The notes beneath the pieces are model-generated. The model saw nothing but the letters and a program-made list of their open reading frames with translations. It made no database searches and was not told the DNA's origin. A stretch of DNA of 64,000 bases from Phoronis australis (taxonomy: Eukaryota > Animalia > Phoronida): the NCBI GenBank assembly GCA_002633005.1, contig NMRA01000348.1, forward strand, positions 108,063-172,062, given 5' to 3'. Both the position numbers and the translations under genes were made by a program. Shown here in pieces: positions 35,230-50,200 of this stretch. The number at the start of each line of letters is the position of its first letter. Within the stretch, counting starts at the first letter, position 1.

Positions 35230-38200
35230 ATGGATGTAAAAAATGTAGCAGCATTTATTTTGGTATTTACAGCCGCAGGATTAGTGGGTAAGCTTCGTTG
35301 ATATTTTAGAATTGTGAGACACGGAAAAACCATGATTCACATCGTGTTTATTCATACATGTACATTGTACACTAGTGACAACAGAGAATATTTATTCTAC
35401 ACTATTTTCATTGTACAATTCTTGCAAGGATATTTTTATAAAAACGTGCCCAGATTATCAGTTGTTGACACAATATGGTTTAAAATCTGAAGGTTAATTT
35501 CTAGGACTATTTCATTTTGTTTGTTATTTTTTCTATCTATCTACATGTATTCCGATTTGAGTTATCACGGGCGAAATTATCCTAGACTTCGTCTGCTATC
35601 CTAATTCGCTAAATAACCGGTTTTTTTCTAAATATATGTTGGATTTATCTTTGAGCAAAGCACGTCAAGTCACATGTAGTTGGTATGGATAGTATTCTAG
35701 AAGTCCGGCCCTGACAATGGCATTTTATTTATTATGTTAGTCTTAGTCCCGGCTAGAAAATCAGTCAGGATTGCCGATGACTGGCTGAAGTTAAAAAACC
35801 ACAGTACCCCGATGGCACTGCGTTGTGCAGGCCCAAATTGTCACATGGTCACAAATTGTTACAACTTCAAAATTGTAACAGTGTGGGTCACGACTGATGC
35901 CCCACATTGTCAAAACTGTCCAAAATGTCACAACATTTTCATGCGACAAGTTGGGTCTGTATTATGGTACAGGTCATCTACATGGCGTTTTTAGGGTACG
36001 CGTGGACACTTCCCTTCTGAGATTAGGGTTGGTCATACCCCACTTTGGGGCAGGGATAACAAAATAGTCATGCTTGAACTTGAGGTCTGCATTACACTTT
36101 TTGAAATCAACTTGAAATCAGCAACAACCTCACGTGAGAAGACTTCCCCGGGAATACAGATCGTTGTTAAATGAACTGGACCCTCAGCGTTTCTACAGTG
36201 AGTAATTTCAATTCTCTCACCATGCTAAGCTAGAGTGGAAACTGCAAAGTGAATCTCGTTTCAATATTTAGCATGCCAATTAATACGCAATCATGGGTAA
36301 CTATAAACATGTATCATTGTCTATCGACGTTATGTAACTCGCATCGTGCAGTGTTTATCTTTATTGGCTGATGATCGAGCACTGCACTAAGATGTCTCCT
36401 ACTCCTCTGAGCCCGGTCTAACTAGTGAGCGAATGCAAGGGAGTGAATGAGAACCTGGATATAATGCAAAAACGATTTCTAGGGCTGTGGTAATATTGAG
36501 AAAAATAATGTGTTTTTGTCTACTTTTGCCCAGTGGACACGATTTCTCCTTTGCGTCATATTGTTTTTTCAAAAAATGATTCAAGGTAATCACAAACCTT
36601 ATTTAGTGGCCTGTATTCTAACTCGCGTATCACAAAATCAACCTCTGAAGTTATTACTGAAAGAAAAAAGATCCTGGAATATAAAAATATGTTTCACATT
36701 TACATGCATGTACCATTATTATCATTACGTTAACGTCTTTTTAAACTCAATTTTTTGTGTTTAAGAAAGGTTCATTCACAGAAAAATAACCCCTTGGTCT
36801 TTTATAAATGAAAACTTCACCTATTACCCCAAAAACGCTTTTAGGAATTTTCGATTAGTCTTTTCATTTGGATTACACCCGGCTGTATATGATAAAGGAT
36901 CTCGCCAAACTTAATGTATTATGGTAAAAGAACAATCGCATTCCTTTTTGTTACATTACGCAAAAAACTAAGCATTGATATCGAAAATTCTAACACCGGT
37001 TTTGAATTTGATGAATAAAGTTAAGTTTAGAAAGTTTCAGCGAAGTCCACCCAGCCTTTTTCGAGAACTCTTGTTCCTAAGTTCAAATTATGCCGAATTG
37101 CCGAAGCCCTGAAAAAGGCGATTAAGCTGGGACACGTGAAAATCTCGTCTTCGATTAATTATTCGGTGAAAACTTGTTTCGCATGAGGCGAATTGTAAAC
37201 ATTCGTAACCATGCAGACACACAACTCCCTCAGGATCAAAACTACGTTTGGTCTTCGTTTTCCCCTTAGTCTATCTTTGGCATGTACACGTAGTTGACTC
37301 AACATTATGGCTACTCAGTGAATGAAATGACTGAAGGTACACTGCGGAGCTGCTCTGTGCCTGGTGAGAAATATCCACGGCGATTCTGCTAAAACTTCGT
37401 TATTCACACCACACGGCATACATTTCGTATTTGATGTTCCCCGAAAACGAAGATAACGTAAGAACTGAGACGTAACTATAGTTCGCCATTCACGACAACA
37501 ATGCAAATTGGTTGTCACGAATGCTGAATACATGTATACATGTATACTGTATTAGCTGTATTTTGTAATTAATCAGAAGCCTGGAGTGTAAATGAAAGGC
37601 ATTCTTTTTGAGGACTTACGTGTCACGCATTCACGTAGGTAACATTGAGGATTAGTTTTTAAAACAAGATTTATCAAAATTAGTGATACCCTCCTGTTTT
37701 TCTGAAGACTTGCCAGCATAAACGAAAGAACGTGCAATTTCTACTTTACTAAATTAGAACCTTCCTGGAATTTCTACAATTGGTCTGTCCACGAGGGGGC
37801 GCTTACTCTCGTCCAATTCCACCCTTTTTAAGGGACAATATCGGCGAGGAAAGGGATTTATCGAGTTAAGCCGCGTGGCGGAATCGAATCTGGAATTCCC
37901 ACGGTCGCAGTCTACTGCTCTGATGGCGAGCTAAATTCCACTCAATAAATGGCAAAATTAAAGTAGTTTAAGCTTATTTAAATTCATTTAGGAAAGACTG
38001 GCCTCGACTACACAGCAGTTGCCTAAAGCACGACGGATTTTATTGTTTTACATGCATAGCTCTGATTGAAGCTAATAACCTCAAGAAGTCATCTCCATTC
38101 AACAATAACCTCTGTCAAAAAGTTTTTTTGGCTGAAAAACGATAATTCCCCTTTATGCATGGCGCCATACTATTGGTTCCTATTTCAAATTACTGATTAA

Positions 38201-41200
38201 AATCGATGAAAATTGTAACGGAAACAAAAGAGAGACTTTAAAAATGTTTGAGCCTTAAAATTCGAAATTTTCCTTCGAAATGTGTTACATCGGTGGTTTT
38301 TCTAATGTCCCACGGTCTTCGCAGGCTGAGCTTTAATTGAAATGAGTGCCACTAGGAAACCAAGCTGTTTAGAGGTACATGTATCTTGCAGTTGGACAAT
38401 GCTTCACTACATGTATATCAACGGGGGAAAACCAGTGTCGCCGTCCGCCCTCAACTTAATGGCGGAGGTTGATCTAAGCTCCTATCGTCTTCTACAGGGC
38501 AATCATTGCATTTGCGATGTTATAACAGGAATAAAATACTGGCTGAAATAAATTGAAAGATCACGGACAGAAACTTGTAATGTTTTAACTAGTTTAGTTT
38601 CTGAAATTTAGTTTTTGGTGAAAAGTTGGTGTAGAGTCCTTCTTTTGCGGAAGAAATACATGTACAACAAAATTGGCGAGAATGCTGCGATGCGTTTTCG
38701 TGTGTTGACAAGAGTACCGAGTATGTTACATTAATGTATTGATTCAGTGCGGTAGAGAATTGCGTCGTGATATCGGACAAAAGACTAAGCCTGGCGATTA
38801 AAAAAGAAAGATTGACTTTATTCTTCTGAAGACCGGTATCGTCCGAAGTACGGACTAAACGGGAGTTAGTTACAGTGGGAAAGGACCATTTCGTACCCGC
38901 AAATTGCCACCGTGGACGAAGTTTTTTTTTTTTTCGAAACAGCGCTTGCCACAGACCAATTTTTTGTTTGTTTTAATAACTCGTTTCATTATCTGGACGA
39001 AATTGTGTCCATCCAAAAGTATGGGATACAATCTACGAAGAAGGGAATTTGCGCTTTTGTTTGACCCTTAACAGAGCTATTTGGATTAAATTTAATTGCA
39101 AGTTGTGATAGGGGAACGATTGGTTTCAGCTCTATATTATTATAGCTGTTCACGGAATGGTTCAGTACTGCAAAAGCGTCCAAAATGCTAAAAGATAAAG
39201 AGACCTGGATGCATGTTTGGTCTTGTGTCTCTGTCTATAATTTCCACACATTTCCTGGGAATTACCCAGGATTTGGTAACAAAAATTCTCGGTACACGTA
39301 TGCGACGTTTTTTGAGGTGATAGATTGACAGCTTTTGTTGTTATTAAGATGACTGTGTACATGTACATGTGTGTGGACTGTTAAAAAAAGTTCCTTAGGA
39401 ACCATATTTCTTCTTATTGCATTCCAAAAATTCGTATATATTTTGTTTAAAAACGCTTCCACTATACACTCGAGTCTTAAGTTTTAGCCTTAAGTCGAGA
39501 CTCGAATACCAATTTGTTAAGCACATGACTCATGATCTGCGGTGGGCCTGATTTGTTTTAAGTATGAATTCTCTCATTCAGATGGCTGTTCTCGAAAGAG
39601 CATAACAAAATGCGACGGCGAAACGTTTTCACTGGATTGCACGCAAGACTCGAATGTAAAAGATAAGCCGCATATGCAGTACATCTCGGTCAATACTGAT
39701 ACGTTTTATGGTAGAGGACAACCGACAACATCCCGCCATGGTACAGTAATTACCTGTAACACTGGTGACGTCAGCGACACAAATTGCAAATTAGCTTCGG
39801 CGTACGACAGCGTAGTGGCTGAATGTCACGGGAAAAAGCAATGCAGCTTCCAAGTTGGAACCACATTCTTTGGTGCCGATCCATGCCCCGGAATAACAAA
39901 ATACTTGAAAATGTATTATTATTGCGCAGGTAAGGAATACTTAAATGTACAACGATACTTTCAGGAAGTCACATGCACAAATCGAATCGGATTCTCAAAT
40001 AGGAAATATTATCTGTGTCATTGCAAAAAGTCAACCACGTAAAATCTAACCTGCACGGCAGTGCAATGTAAACAAACGAGCGACGTTACTGGAATTGTTG
40101 CTTTTGACATTAAGTGGGTAATATAAAACGTACTCAGTGTTGGAAGACATCTCGTGCTGTCGACGAACACTTTCAAATTTAGAAAAACTGCAAGGACAGT
40201 GATGGTGTAATACTATAATATAAAACGCGATATTCTTAATTACGGATGCATGCTACAGTGTACGTAGCTTCCAATACACTTTTTGTAGGCACTTGCAACG
40301 ATCCCGGTACTCATGCGTCCACTACCAGAACGGGATTGGTTGGGCATGAGCAGAGTCTCACCTACAGCTGCAAACAGGGCTACCAAAAGAAAAGCGGAAA
40401 CGAGGTGATCAAGTGCACGTGCGACAGAAGTAGCGAAACTTGTAACTGGGACAATACCCGCCTGGAGTGTGAAGGTAATGTGTAAACCAACTAACGCCAG
40501 CGTGGGATTTTCTCAACGATATCCGCCCACACTTACATGTACATGTATCTCCATAAGTGACCGTAGGCCTTCATAGATTAAAGCACGGAATTAGCTCAAG
40601 TTGTAATATCGCGCTTCAAAATCACAACCAAGGTACCAATTCTACGCTTGATAACCGTCCTTTGATTTTTTTCTGCTTCCTAAATTGTCTCCTTGGCGAA
40701 GCATTATCTACTGAAGGCATGTGGAGATTCAATCTGAACTCTTTTCAGATTTTGCTCAGTTGAACCAAGGACCTATATTAAAAGTTTCAAAGACTATTAA
40801 CCGAACTCGCCTCCGTGTTCATAGTGGATGGTTTCGTTTCAAATTGTTCACTATTATAATTACCAAGTCTGACCATTATTTGAACACCATCCCCAAGATA
40901 GATGCTTAATACACGAAACTGTACTGTTAATTGTCCTCACCGGTTCACTCGAGTCAACTGTCTGGAACATCTGATTGGTCTGTGATCCGGAAGTCGACAC
41001 TGAGAATTAATCAGGCGTGCGTTCAATAGACGCTAGGACCTACACCATGACCTACGCTAGGACCTAGCTAAAATCTAGTCAAAGTCACGTGTTCTCATTT
41101 AAAATACACGGCAATGTCTCACGTAATCTCGTGAAGTCTTGCTTTTTAGCGAGGTTCTAGCGTTACTGATCGGGAGGCAGGTTCATTAGTCGGTTAACTG

Positions 41201-44200
41201 GGCGGAACCGGTGAAGTCAATCAAGTGGAACCATTCTAACAGACATCCTCACAGAGCGAACTTTTGCGAGAAAGCCGAGCCTCGGGGGAAATGACGAGGG
41301 GAGGGATGGTGTAAGGAGATGGAGAATGGATGTGAGGGAAGGAATGACGGAGGGATGAGTGAAAATAGGGATGTTACAAGCTCAAATTTATTACAGGTGT
41401 TATTTAGTAAATAACTTCATTTTCACAGCCCCCAGTTGCGCTGATCCTGGCACACACTCATCTACCACAAGATCCGGAGGTCTGGGTCATCAGCAAAGTC
41501 TCACATACGCCTGCAAATCCGGTTATCAAAAGAAAACCGGTGATGAAGTGATCACCTGCAACTGTGATAGCAACGGTTGTAACTGGGACAAATCTCGTCT
41601 CGAGTGTGAAGGTAAGACGCGCAAAAATGCTTACCATGACGAAAAATCCACGTGCACAGACAAAGTTTTTGTGGTCTCGCGGCAAGTCATTTCAAATCAA
41701 CTGTTTTATTTATAACACGCACGTTTCGACTGGTCAGAATTAGAGTAATGCATAATTAAATCTTTGTGTCTGTAATTTCACGATCGCTTTGAAAAAAAAC
41801 ATCTAGGCAAATTTCGTGAAAACTCAGTTTTATTGCTTAGCGTATAAGTCATAATTGACGACAGTTTCTTAACACGTGTGTGCCCTGAATTTGATGTTGG
41901 TCGTTTGCCTTTTTGGAAGTGTTGTGCATTTTTTCGCGTAGAATTTCTTTTGAAACGCTTCAAGTGATTCATAATTGAGCCGCAGTCATTTCATAATTCC
42001 GACGCTAGATTACACTTTGCTGCGTGTAGCTCGCCATAAACAAATAAAATTGTGTCAAAGCAAGGCTACATTGAAGTATGACCACAGTTATTTCACGATG
42101 TTAAAACTCAACCAAAGACTTACAACTACGTCCGCAATAGAATAAACTGACCCTTCAGTTCAGTGGAGGAAAAACATTCGTTTTCGCTTGAACCACGAAA
42201 GTACGTCTGGGGCGTACATTCGAGGCCGAGTAATCACATGTAGGATTTGCTACCTAATGTCACGTGATAATGTTTTGCATAAGTACCGTACGTGAATATC
42301 AACTCAAATTGAGAGAAATTCGGCTTTGCTGAAAATAATCGATGTTCACCTAAATGTCAACACGTTGTTTTTTCACAAATGGCAGCTTCGACACAGCGAA
42401 GCAAAATTTTGTTATAGCCCTATACATACCAAATGGAACCCTTCTCTTTCGTCGAGGTACAGGTAAAACGAACTGCATTACTGATCGAAGTTTTAAAAAG
42501 TACTGCATCTAAACGTTTTTGAACTGAGACAAACAAGACAACAAACACGAAATGATGCACTCTAGAGTCATTTATTACATATACGTCAGCATTTCAACTC
42601 GCTGTTCAATTTCAAAAGCATTACCGTGACGAATGTCTCAACAATTGTGCTGTAAAACAGTGGATGGTAAGTGCGAATGGTGGACAGCGAGGTAGATATG
42701 TACTGATTTGGGATGAACCAGGGCTATTATTAGAAATCTCCAATTATTGGCTCACGGAAAATTGATACAGCTGTATATATATTTTGGCTGCTTTATAAAA
42801 TATGTTTGCAATGTATAACAATCTTATTGATTCTACGTGTTCGTGGGTTTGTGTAAAGATTTCCAGAACAATCAGTAATATTGACACTGTCAAATCGATG
42901 TGTTGTAATTGCAGAAGAACCATCTCCATTTTCCACGCATTGTCATGTGAGAGAATTCAATACTCAGCGGACGAAAACAATATTATCTCTTTACATAGGC
43001 GACAGGCAAAACATATCAAGTAAAATGTTTTTATTGTTTGGACAAGTTGTTAACTTTGAATATTCACAAGGTTTTCATGTTTACTCATCCGGAGACAAAG
43101 TAAAATCCACATGAATAAGTATTTTATTCCGTTTCCGTGCGCAATGACATAAAAACCGTCCTTAAATTCACATCACCTACATTGTACGTCAGCCATTTCC
43201 ACTTGTTCAGCAACGGAACAACCGATAAGGTTGCCGTAGCCTCGATTTCATTTATTTTTTTACGATTCGGTGAGTTAAAACAAATCACAAAACACAGTAG
43301 ACTTTGTTGTTTTACAGATCAATGGCCAGTTGCATGAAATAGTTGCAAAAGGGACTTAACTTGGCCCCCTAAGTTTTCATCGTTTGTGGACGCTGAGTTT
43401 TAACTTCAATTGATAGCGGGGTAAACTCTACACATGTACATGTACGTTGAATAATTGTGTAGAGAATAGACTCTGTGAAGTTTCCATATTACATGTAAGT
43501 CCCAAACTTAAGGACCTTTTTCATTAAAATAAAGGCTGAGTTTCAGATTATATTCTTAGAAAATGTAACAAGTAAAAGAGGAGCTCACAATGAAGATAAA
43601 GTTACGTAAAACATTACATTGGTGAATAAACGAAGTCTATAACTACGTGGACAATGGAGGATCTTAGTTTAGCCCTTGTTTGTCTAAGTTATTAAATTAA
43701 ATAAACTTAGGACGTTAATAAGACCCAGAAATGAATCTCAAAATGCATTTTGTGCATGAAATCAATGGCGTCTTTTCAACCTATGGTTCAGTTTCGTATA
43801 ATCTTTGTAAAATGTTGATTTCCGTAAAAATCTGCGTGCGTCAGTCACGGTTTCTAATGTTTTCGACCTCTGTGTTTACTATCGAATTTCTTCTTTCTGT
43901 CATGGCATTTGTATTGTAAATTTCACACTTGTGATTATTAAGAACTCGGCTCTCGATCAATTTAAATTCGAGAGCATTTTGCGGAAAAAAACGTTTGCAG
44001 ATTACCTCTCGTTATTTCGATTGATATAGCGATTATTGGTAACATAATTATGTGAAATCTGTGTCTAAAATCTTTTTTATTTCGCAACAATTTCATAGTG
44101 TCGCGTGGCAAAAGTGGCTTCTGGTCACAGCTTGTCCCCCTCTCCGGAAATCAAAACTAATTTTAACTCCCTTGTCTTCGAAAATTGAGATGTCTGTGTT

Positions 44201-47200
44201 TAAATCTAAAGTAGACTTTTGAATGAGATATCTCCAAGCAGCAACGTGGCGACTGATCACGTGTGACTAGATATTGCTTGCACCAATGGGACGAGGATGC
44301 AATTTCAATTTTGTTTGAAGCGCAACACATAAACTGTGAACGAGCCTTTTTGCGAAGTCAAAAATGCCCCGCTATGTCACCTGATGTGAACAAGACGTTT
44401 CTCTTGGTACATCAATTTCTTACTTTCATTAAGGAAACCACTTTCGTTGCTAAATTTCACCGTTGAAAGACGTACTTGCGGAAAACGCTTTGATTTTGGC
44501 GAGCGCCTTTCGAGGTGCATCGCCAAAAAGATGTGGATGTCTAAGTGTTTTGTTTCAGTTTGTATACTGTACTTTCCTTGTGATTTTTGAAATATCATTA
44601 GCAAATATTCAAAACATTGCCCTGCTTTATTGCCTTTTAAAATTTTTGTATTATGAGCCTATCCGATGTAATTAAGTAAATTTCTTTTCACCCACTTCTG
44701 CCTGTACATTCGCAACAGGATGGGCGCGATCGACGAGTGTGCTCGCCATCGACAGTCTTGCAATTTTTAGCCTCGATATTTTGAAGAAAATTCCAAAAGG
44801 TTTTGCCATTGTCATAGCACTAAGACGAGCATGTGATTCTCCATTTTTAATTATTATTTCTCGTTCACCACGGCTAATTTGCGAAACACGCTCGCAGAAC
44901 GCGAGTAGTTCAGTAGCGACATCAGACAATCGCTCGCCCAAAGAGCTTTTAATGAACTCAAGGCAGGTGGCGATAAAAGTCACTGGTGCCACGTGATCAG
45001 ACCCCATTGCTTCTAAAAGTATCTCTATGTCGTTAAAGACCAAGACTACAAGTCTGCAACCTTCTTTGTATTCTTTCTGTGGTCATGGAGATATTCAGAA
45101 AAAATAGAAAAGTTCCAACATTTGTTGTGTACTTGTTACCCCAGGTTCTTTTTGGAGTTGCAACTCGTTGGTTGCTGGCAGGTGTGACATTTTGAAATTG
45201 GTGTTGCACGTATTTCTGTATTTCAATTCCCAAATTATTGTCTTACAGTTCCGCCATGCAATGTAGCTGCCGTAGCTGACAGCACCAACAACGCTGGAGG
45301 ATCGCAGGTGAACAACGGAGTCCAAGTCACGTACACCTGTAAATCTGGCTATGTCTTTGAAGACCACCAGACGCAAAAGGTACTCACGTGTAATCAAGGA
45401 GTTTGGAGTGAGCCCGCAGGAAATTGTCTCACTGCACCGGATACCGAAAAACACTTTTTGTCAGTGCCTGGTAAGTCAAAACGGCAGGTCTAAGGACACG
45501 TTGCTAGGGCTTACTGCACGATCAAAATTTTGAAATTCTCTCGTCTATAACTCGCGTTACGCCTAAGCCTGAGCAAACTTTTGTCTAAGCCGGCTCACCG
45601 CTATAAAATTGTCCCCCTCATGATCCTTAGTAAAAAAATTGACTTCCATGTTTACAAGGAACTAACAATTCGTAATTCCTTGACACCACTTACCGCCATC
45701 AATTTGGCCTCCTCTTGTTTTTTTTTATAATCACTTTATTTTTTCAAACAAAGCTCGTAAAATGGCGCGCCAGTCAAGCTTCATTATTTGAGAATGTTTG
45801 TACATGTAAGTTTACGCGAAGCATCTCATACGACTGATTAATTTTAGTTTCGAATTTCGAGTACATAGTTTAAAACGTACGGCCAAAGTGATTACGAAGT
45901 ACTCTGAAATCACCTCCAATTTAACTACATGGACATTTGGAAACCCGATCGAGTATTGGTTAAAATTAATACATCAACGCATCTATGCTAGGGTAGGGGT
46001 AATGTAAACGTGTCTAAGCGTTGACGAGTGATATTTAGGTGATGACTACGGGAATGTACAACTTGAGTACGGCGGAAAGTATAGTTTTGCTAGAATCCCT
46101 GTGTGCAGTGGGCGAATTTAATTTCTCACTCTGTCAATCGTCGTTTCCAGGCAGCATGAAAGTTATGACCAGAAAGTCTAAAAAGAAGGTTGCTATAACA
46201 TCTGGGTCCGCCCAGACGGTTGCTTCAACTACAATGCGGTCGTGTTCCGACTCTTGTAAGGACACATCGTCGTGTGCTGCTGCCCAGTGGGACATCGGAA
46301 GCAGTCAGTGCAAACACTTTGATACTTCCGTGGTGTACACCATAGGGAGCGACACCTGCTGCCTCGTTTTTGTGAAGAAGTCTTACAATATTCCAGGTAT
46401 AAAATATTGTGTGTGTATGAAGTCGACCATGAAATCAGTTGATTGTTACATGAAAGAGTGTTGATAATCTAAAAATTACTAACTGACAAATTAACAAAAG
46501 CGTGATACGTGCAGATGTGGACTATCCCGTATTGTGCCATCTATTTTATATACCTTCCTTTCAATTCCACCTCACGTCAGACTTGTAACCGGTGACTGCC
46601 ATCCTAGAAATACATGTAATTGGCCCACTATCTGTCACCGTGCATGTTTCTAAAATGCTGTAACAACGGACAGTTCATTTTTGTCTGCAGACAACCAAGT
46701 TATATACATGTAGATGCACGTTTATAATAATTACATCGTTTTTTAGCCATTAAGATTTGCAACTAGAATACCACTCCTCGTGACATATTTATTACACATG
46801 TTCCGGTCATAGGCCTGCTTTTTTATTTGGCGTACCGAAACCTGAAAAATATGCCACATTGCGAATACTGTCCGTTGTTTTTAAAATCGGTAAAATGACT
46901 GTAGTGAGACGGTCTCGGTAAAACTATCTACTTTTAACAGGATTTTCAATTTTTTTAGACAGAAGCTGCGGCTCGAAAAAGCTTAATGTACAGTTCTTTT
47001 ATAAAAAGAAGTTACAAGGCTACGGCCTGACAACCACAACGGTTGAACACCAGATGGCGTGCCTGGCCCACTGTATTGGCACATCTAGCTGCCTCTCGGC
47101 AGATTTCCACGAAGGAAGCCAAACCTGCACACCCAGGAACAAACATTGGATGAGTAATGTTGACCAGTTCACCTACGCTGACGGAGGCAGCTATAGAGAG

Positions 47201-50200
47201 ATCCACATGGAATTCCAATGCACCGACGGTAGGTATTCTGATTTTTTACTGCATTTTGCTGATGTGATTTCCACACCACTTGTGGAACGAGGCCACTCTT
47301 TGCTATTTCTGTTTCAAGCAGAATAGAAAAGATAATGATAAAAAAGAAATGATTAATCGTTGAGACTGATCACCAAGGAAGCTAGGTAATTTATGTGACT
47401 GAAGTAACATGGCTAGTTCCGTGGTCGCACGCTAGATGTAGCTGATAAAGTCTACTACCCTCAATTTTAAAACAAAGCTCCTATTATGTACTCGTTTTGA
47501 TTTCGCATTAACTTTTGATTTAGACCTCTTACAAAAGTAAATCTGGTCTAAGGACGTTTTATTTTGACTTGGGAAGAACTCATGGCATTACTCGAAACGC
47601 TTTGCTAAGGTTTGTGAAACAAAAGCAATACTATCACAAAAAGTGGCTGACATGCACGCTAAATAAGTACTTAGCCTTATAGGCAGGATGTGTGTTTCTA
47701 TCATATTAAGTTACACAATCATGTATATGGCGATTTTTGTTTGAACACAGCCAGCCTAGAATTATCATGATTCTTTCTTTGCAAATAGATGACGTCTGTC
47801 CGCCACACATGTACAAGGCGACGAATGGAAATTGTTACATTTTCACCGCGAACTCTCCTCTCAGCTTGCCCTATTCTAATGCTAAAACGTTCTGTGAACG
47901 AAGAGACGCGCACTTGGCGTTCATTAAAAGCGCCTCTGTGCAGAGTGCTGTAGTGGCAGTCATGAATGAGTAAGTTTTTGAGACTTAGTATTGTGGCTCG
48001 TAAGTTCTACGAATTATGGCTCGTATGTTCATAACAGTTCCTATATTTGTTACTGTTACCCATAAAAAATTGAAATGATGGAGACGGCCCAGTAAAAGGC
48101 CCACACCATGACTCTTCTTTCAATCCTGTATCTTTTAACATGAATAACCGTGTTCAAGAGCGATTACGACTGAATGAAAGTGATTATGAATCAAAATGCG
48201 GGCCTTCTGCCCGCCGCTCTTGTCACTTAATTTCTACTAGTCCATGGACAGCAAACCACAATAGTGATATTCCTTGTTTAGCAACGAAAAATGTACCTTC
48301 AAGATAACTCAGTATCTGTATTTTTGCAAATGAAGCATCAAAATGTGTGCGTCTCCCTTGAAAGTTTTTACGGGGTTGTAGGCCAAGAAAAATTCTTACT
48401 TCGGAGTGAAAATGGGACTTTAATGTGACGTAATTTTGCTAACAATCTTAGTTGTAGTTGACTGCAGATTTTCAAATTTACAGCATCTCGACCTCGCTCT
48501 CAATATCCAAGCAAAACGTAATCATTGGCCTAAAGGACCGCGACGCATCGGCTGCTGGAAGAAACTGGCAGTTCGATGACGGGGAAACTGCGTCGTACCT
48601 ACCTTGGCGAGGTAGCGAGCCAAACCAGGACAACAATGAGTGCGTGGTTGCCCGATGTAGCAGCAACTGTCACTGGGATGACCATACCTGCTCACAGTCG
48701 TCATACTTCTTGTGTGAGACGAACGGTACATGTACGTAACAAATGTTATTTGCCTTTTGATATTTAACGTCATTTCCCTGGTTTCTCATTTCTTGGTTTT
48801 ATCCTCTTAACAATGATACATCGCATTTGTCCCATGTGTGTAGTCAATTCATCGTGGAAATGCAAGCTTTTTATCTACTTGGTTTGTTTCTAATTTTCCT
48901 TTTTTAAAACAAAATATGTCACGATGAAATAAACAATTTCACACATTTGATTTCAAATTACCAGCAATGATGTCTAGGAAAAACTAAACCTTTTCAAAAT
49001 GAATTTAGTTTTAAGTCATTTCGACTTATGGATACGCTCATCGTCACCGTCATATTCACTGTGGTTATCATCATCCCTACATGTGCATCACCGTGACCAC
49101 CACCACCATCACCGTAATCATCGTCGTCCTGGTCAAAGTCATCGTACCCATTCCCATTAGCGTATTATCAATCATCATCATCATGCTCGTCATTATCATG
49201 ATCGTCATCGTCATCGTCATCGAGATGGTCGTCGTCGTCATCATCATCTTCATAATCATGATCACTACCATACCTTCATCATCATCATCGTCGTCGTCGT
49301 CGGTTTGTTTGTCGTCATCATGTTCAGTTCCACAGTAACACAATGAAGTTGAACAACACCCGTTCTTCTTTTCTTCCTGCTACTTTTCTGCCTCGTTTAA
49401 AATTCTTCATTTCTTTCAAAGTTTTCCATCTCTTTCTTGGCGTGTGCGTGTGCCTGTTTGTCCAGATTTCGTTTTGCTGAAGTCCTCATTGCTTGCTAAA
49501 ACAGACGATGAATGTTAACGCTTTACGGCGTCGATTGTTTATGCGTAGCCAAAACAGTTGTGACTCCTGGCGGTTGGTCGGAAGACTTCGATCCATGGGA
49601 CAAACAATGTACCCTCTGTGGGAACCGGACTCGTTCAAAGCTGTGCAACAATCCAACACCTAGTCCCGGACAATCTTGCAGCGGATCAGCCGAGACAGAA
49701 GTACAACATTGTTTATGTCCTTCCTTGGAAAGACTGCAGTACATTCCAGATTCAGGTACTTATAGATTGGATTTAATATTGCAAGTTTTTCAGAGACTTT
49801 TGTCGTTTGACACGAATCCCTGCTAGATTACTGTTTGTGGTAATGTAAACCGAGACAAGTCACCTGATCGACATTAAATCTACAAGTTATTCATATTCAG
49901 TTACTGATCCAGCGAGATATAAAAACGACACAGATACACGTAACTCATGAAACATGACATTGTTAGACGTTGTTAACCACCAATGCTACGGTTGCTGATC
50001 GCATCCAATCAGTCGCCGAGTGAGAGCTATTTCAATTAGAGATGGTTCTTGTTTTCAGGATTGTGTGATTTAGCGAATGGCTTGCAACTGCAACTGGTGT
50101 CTTCGGATAGCCGACACCTAAGTGGCTACGAAGTGTACACTCTAATTAACATATCCCATGAAGCCGACTGCGCTGTTGCATGCTATAACGACACACTGTG

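Noticed and set aside
44672-45043. 123-aa minus-strand ORF nested in a lectin intron
   Set aside because: Non-ATG start, no recognisable domain or splice context; sequence looks repeat-derived.
49077-49343. Poly-Asp/Met and hydrophobic Ile/Val ORFs resembling TM or acidic proteins
   Set aside because: Translation of an intronic CAT/CGT microsatellite; no splice or phase support.
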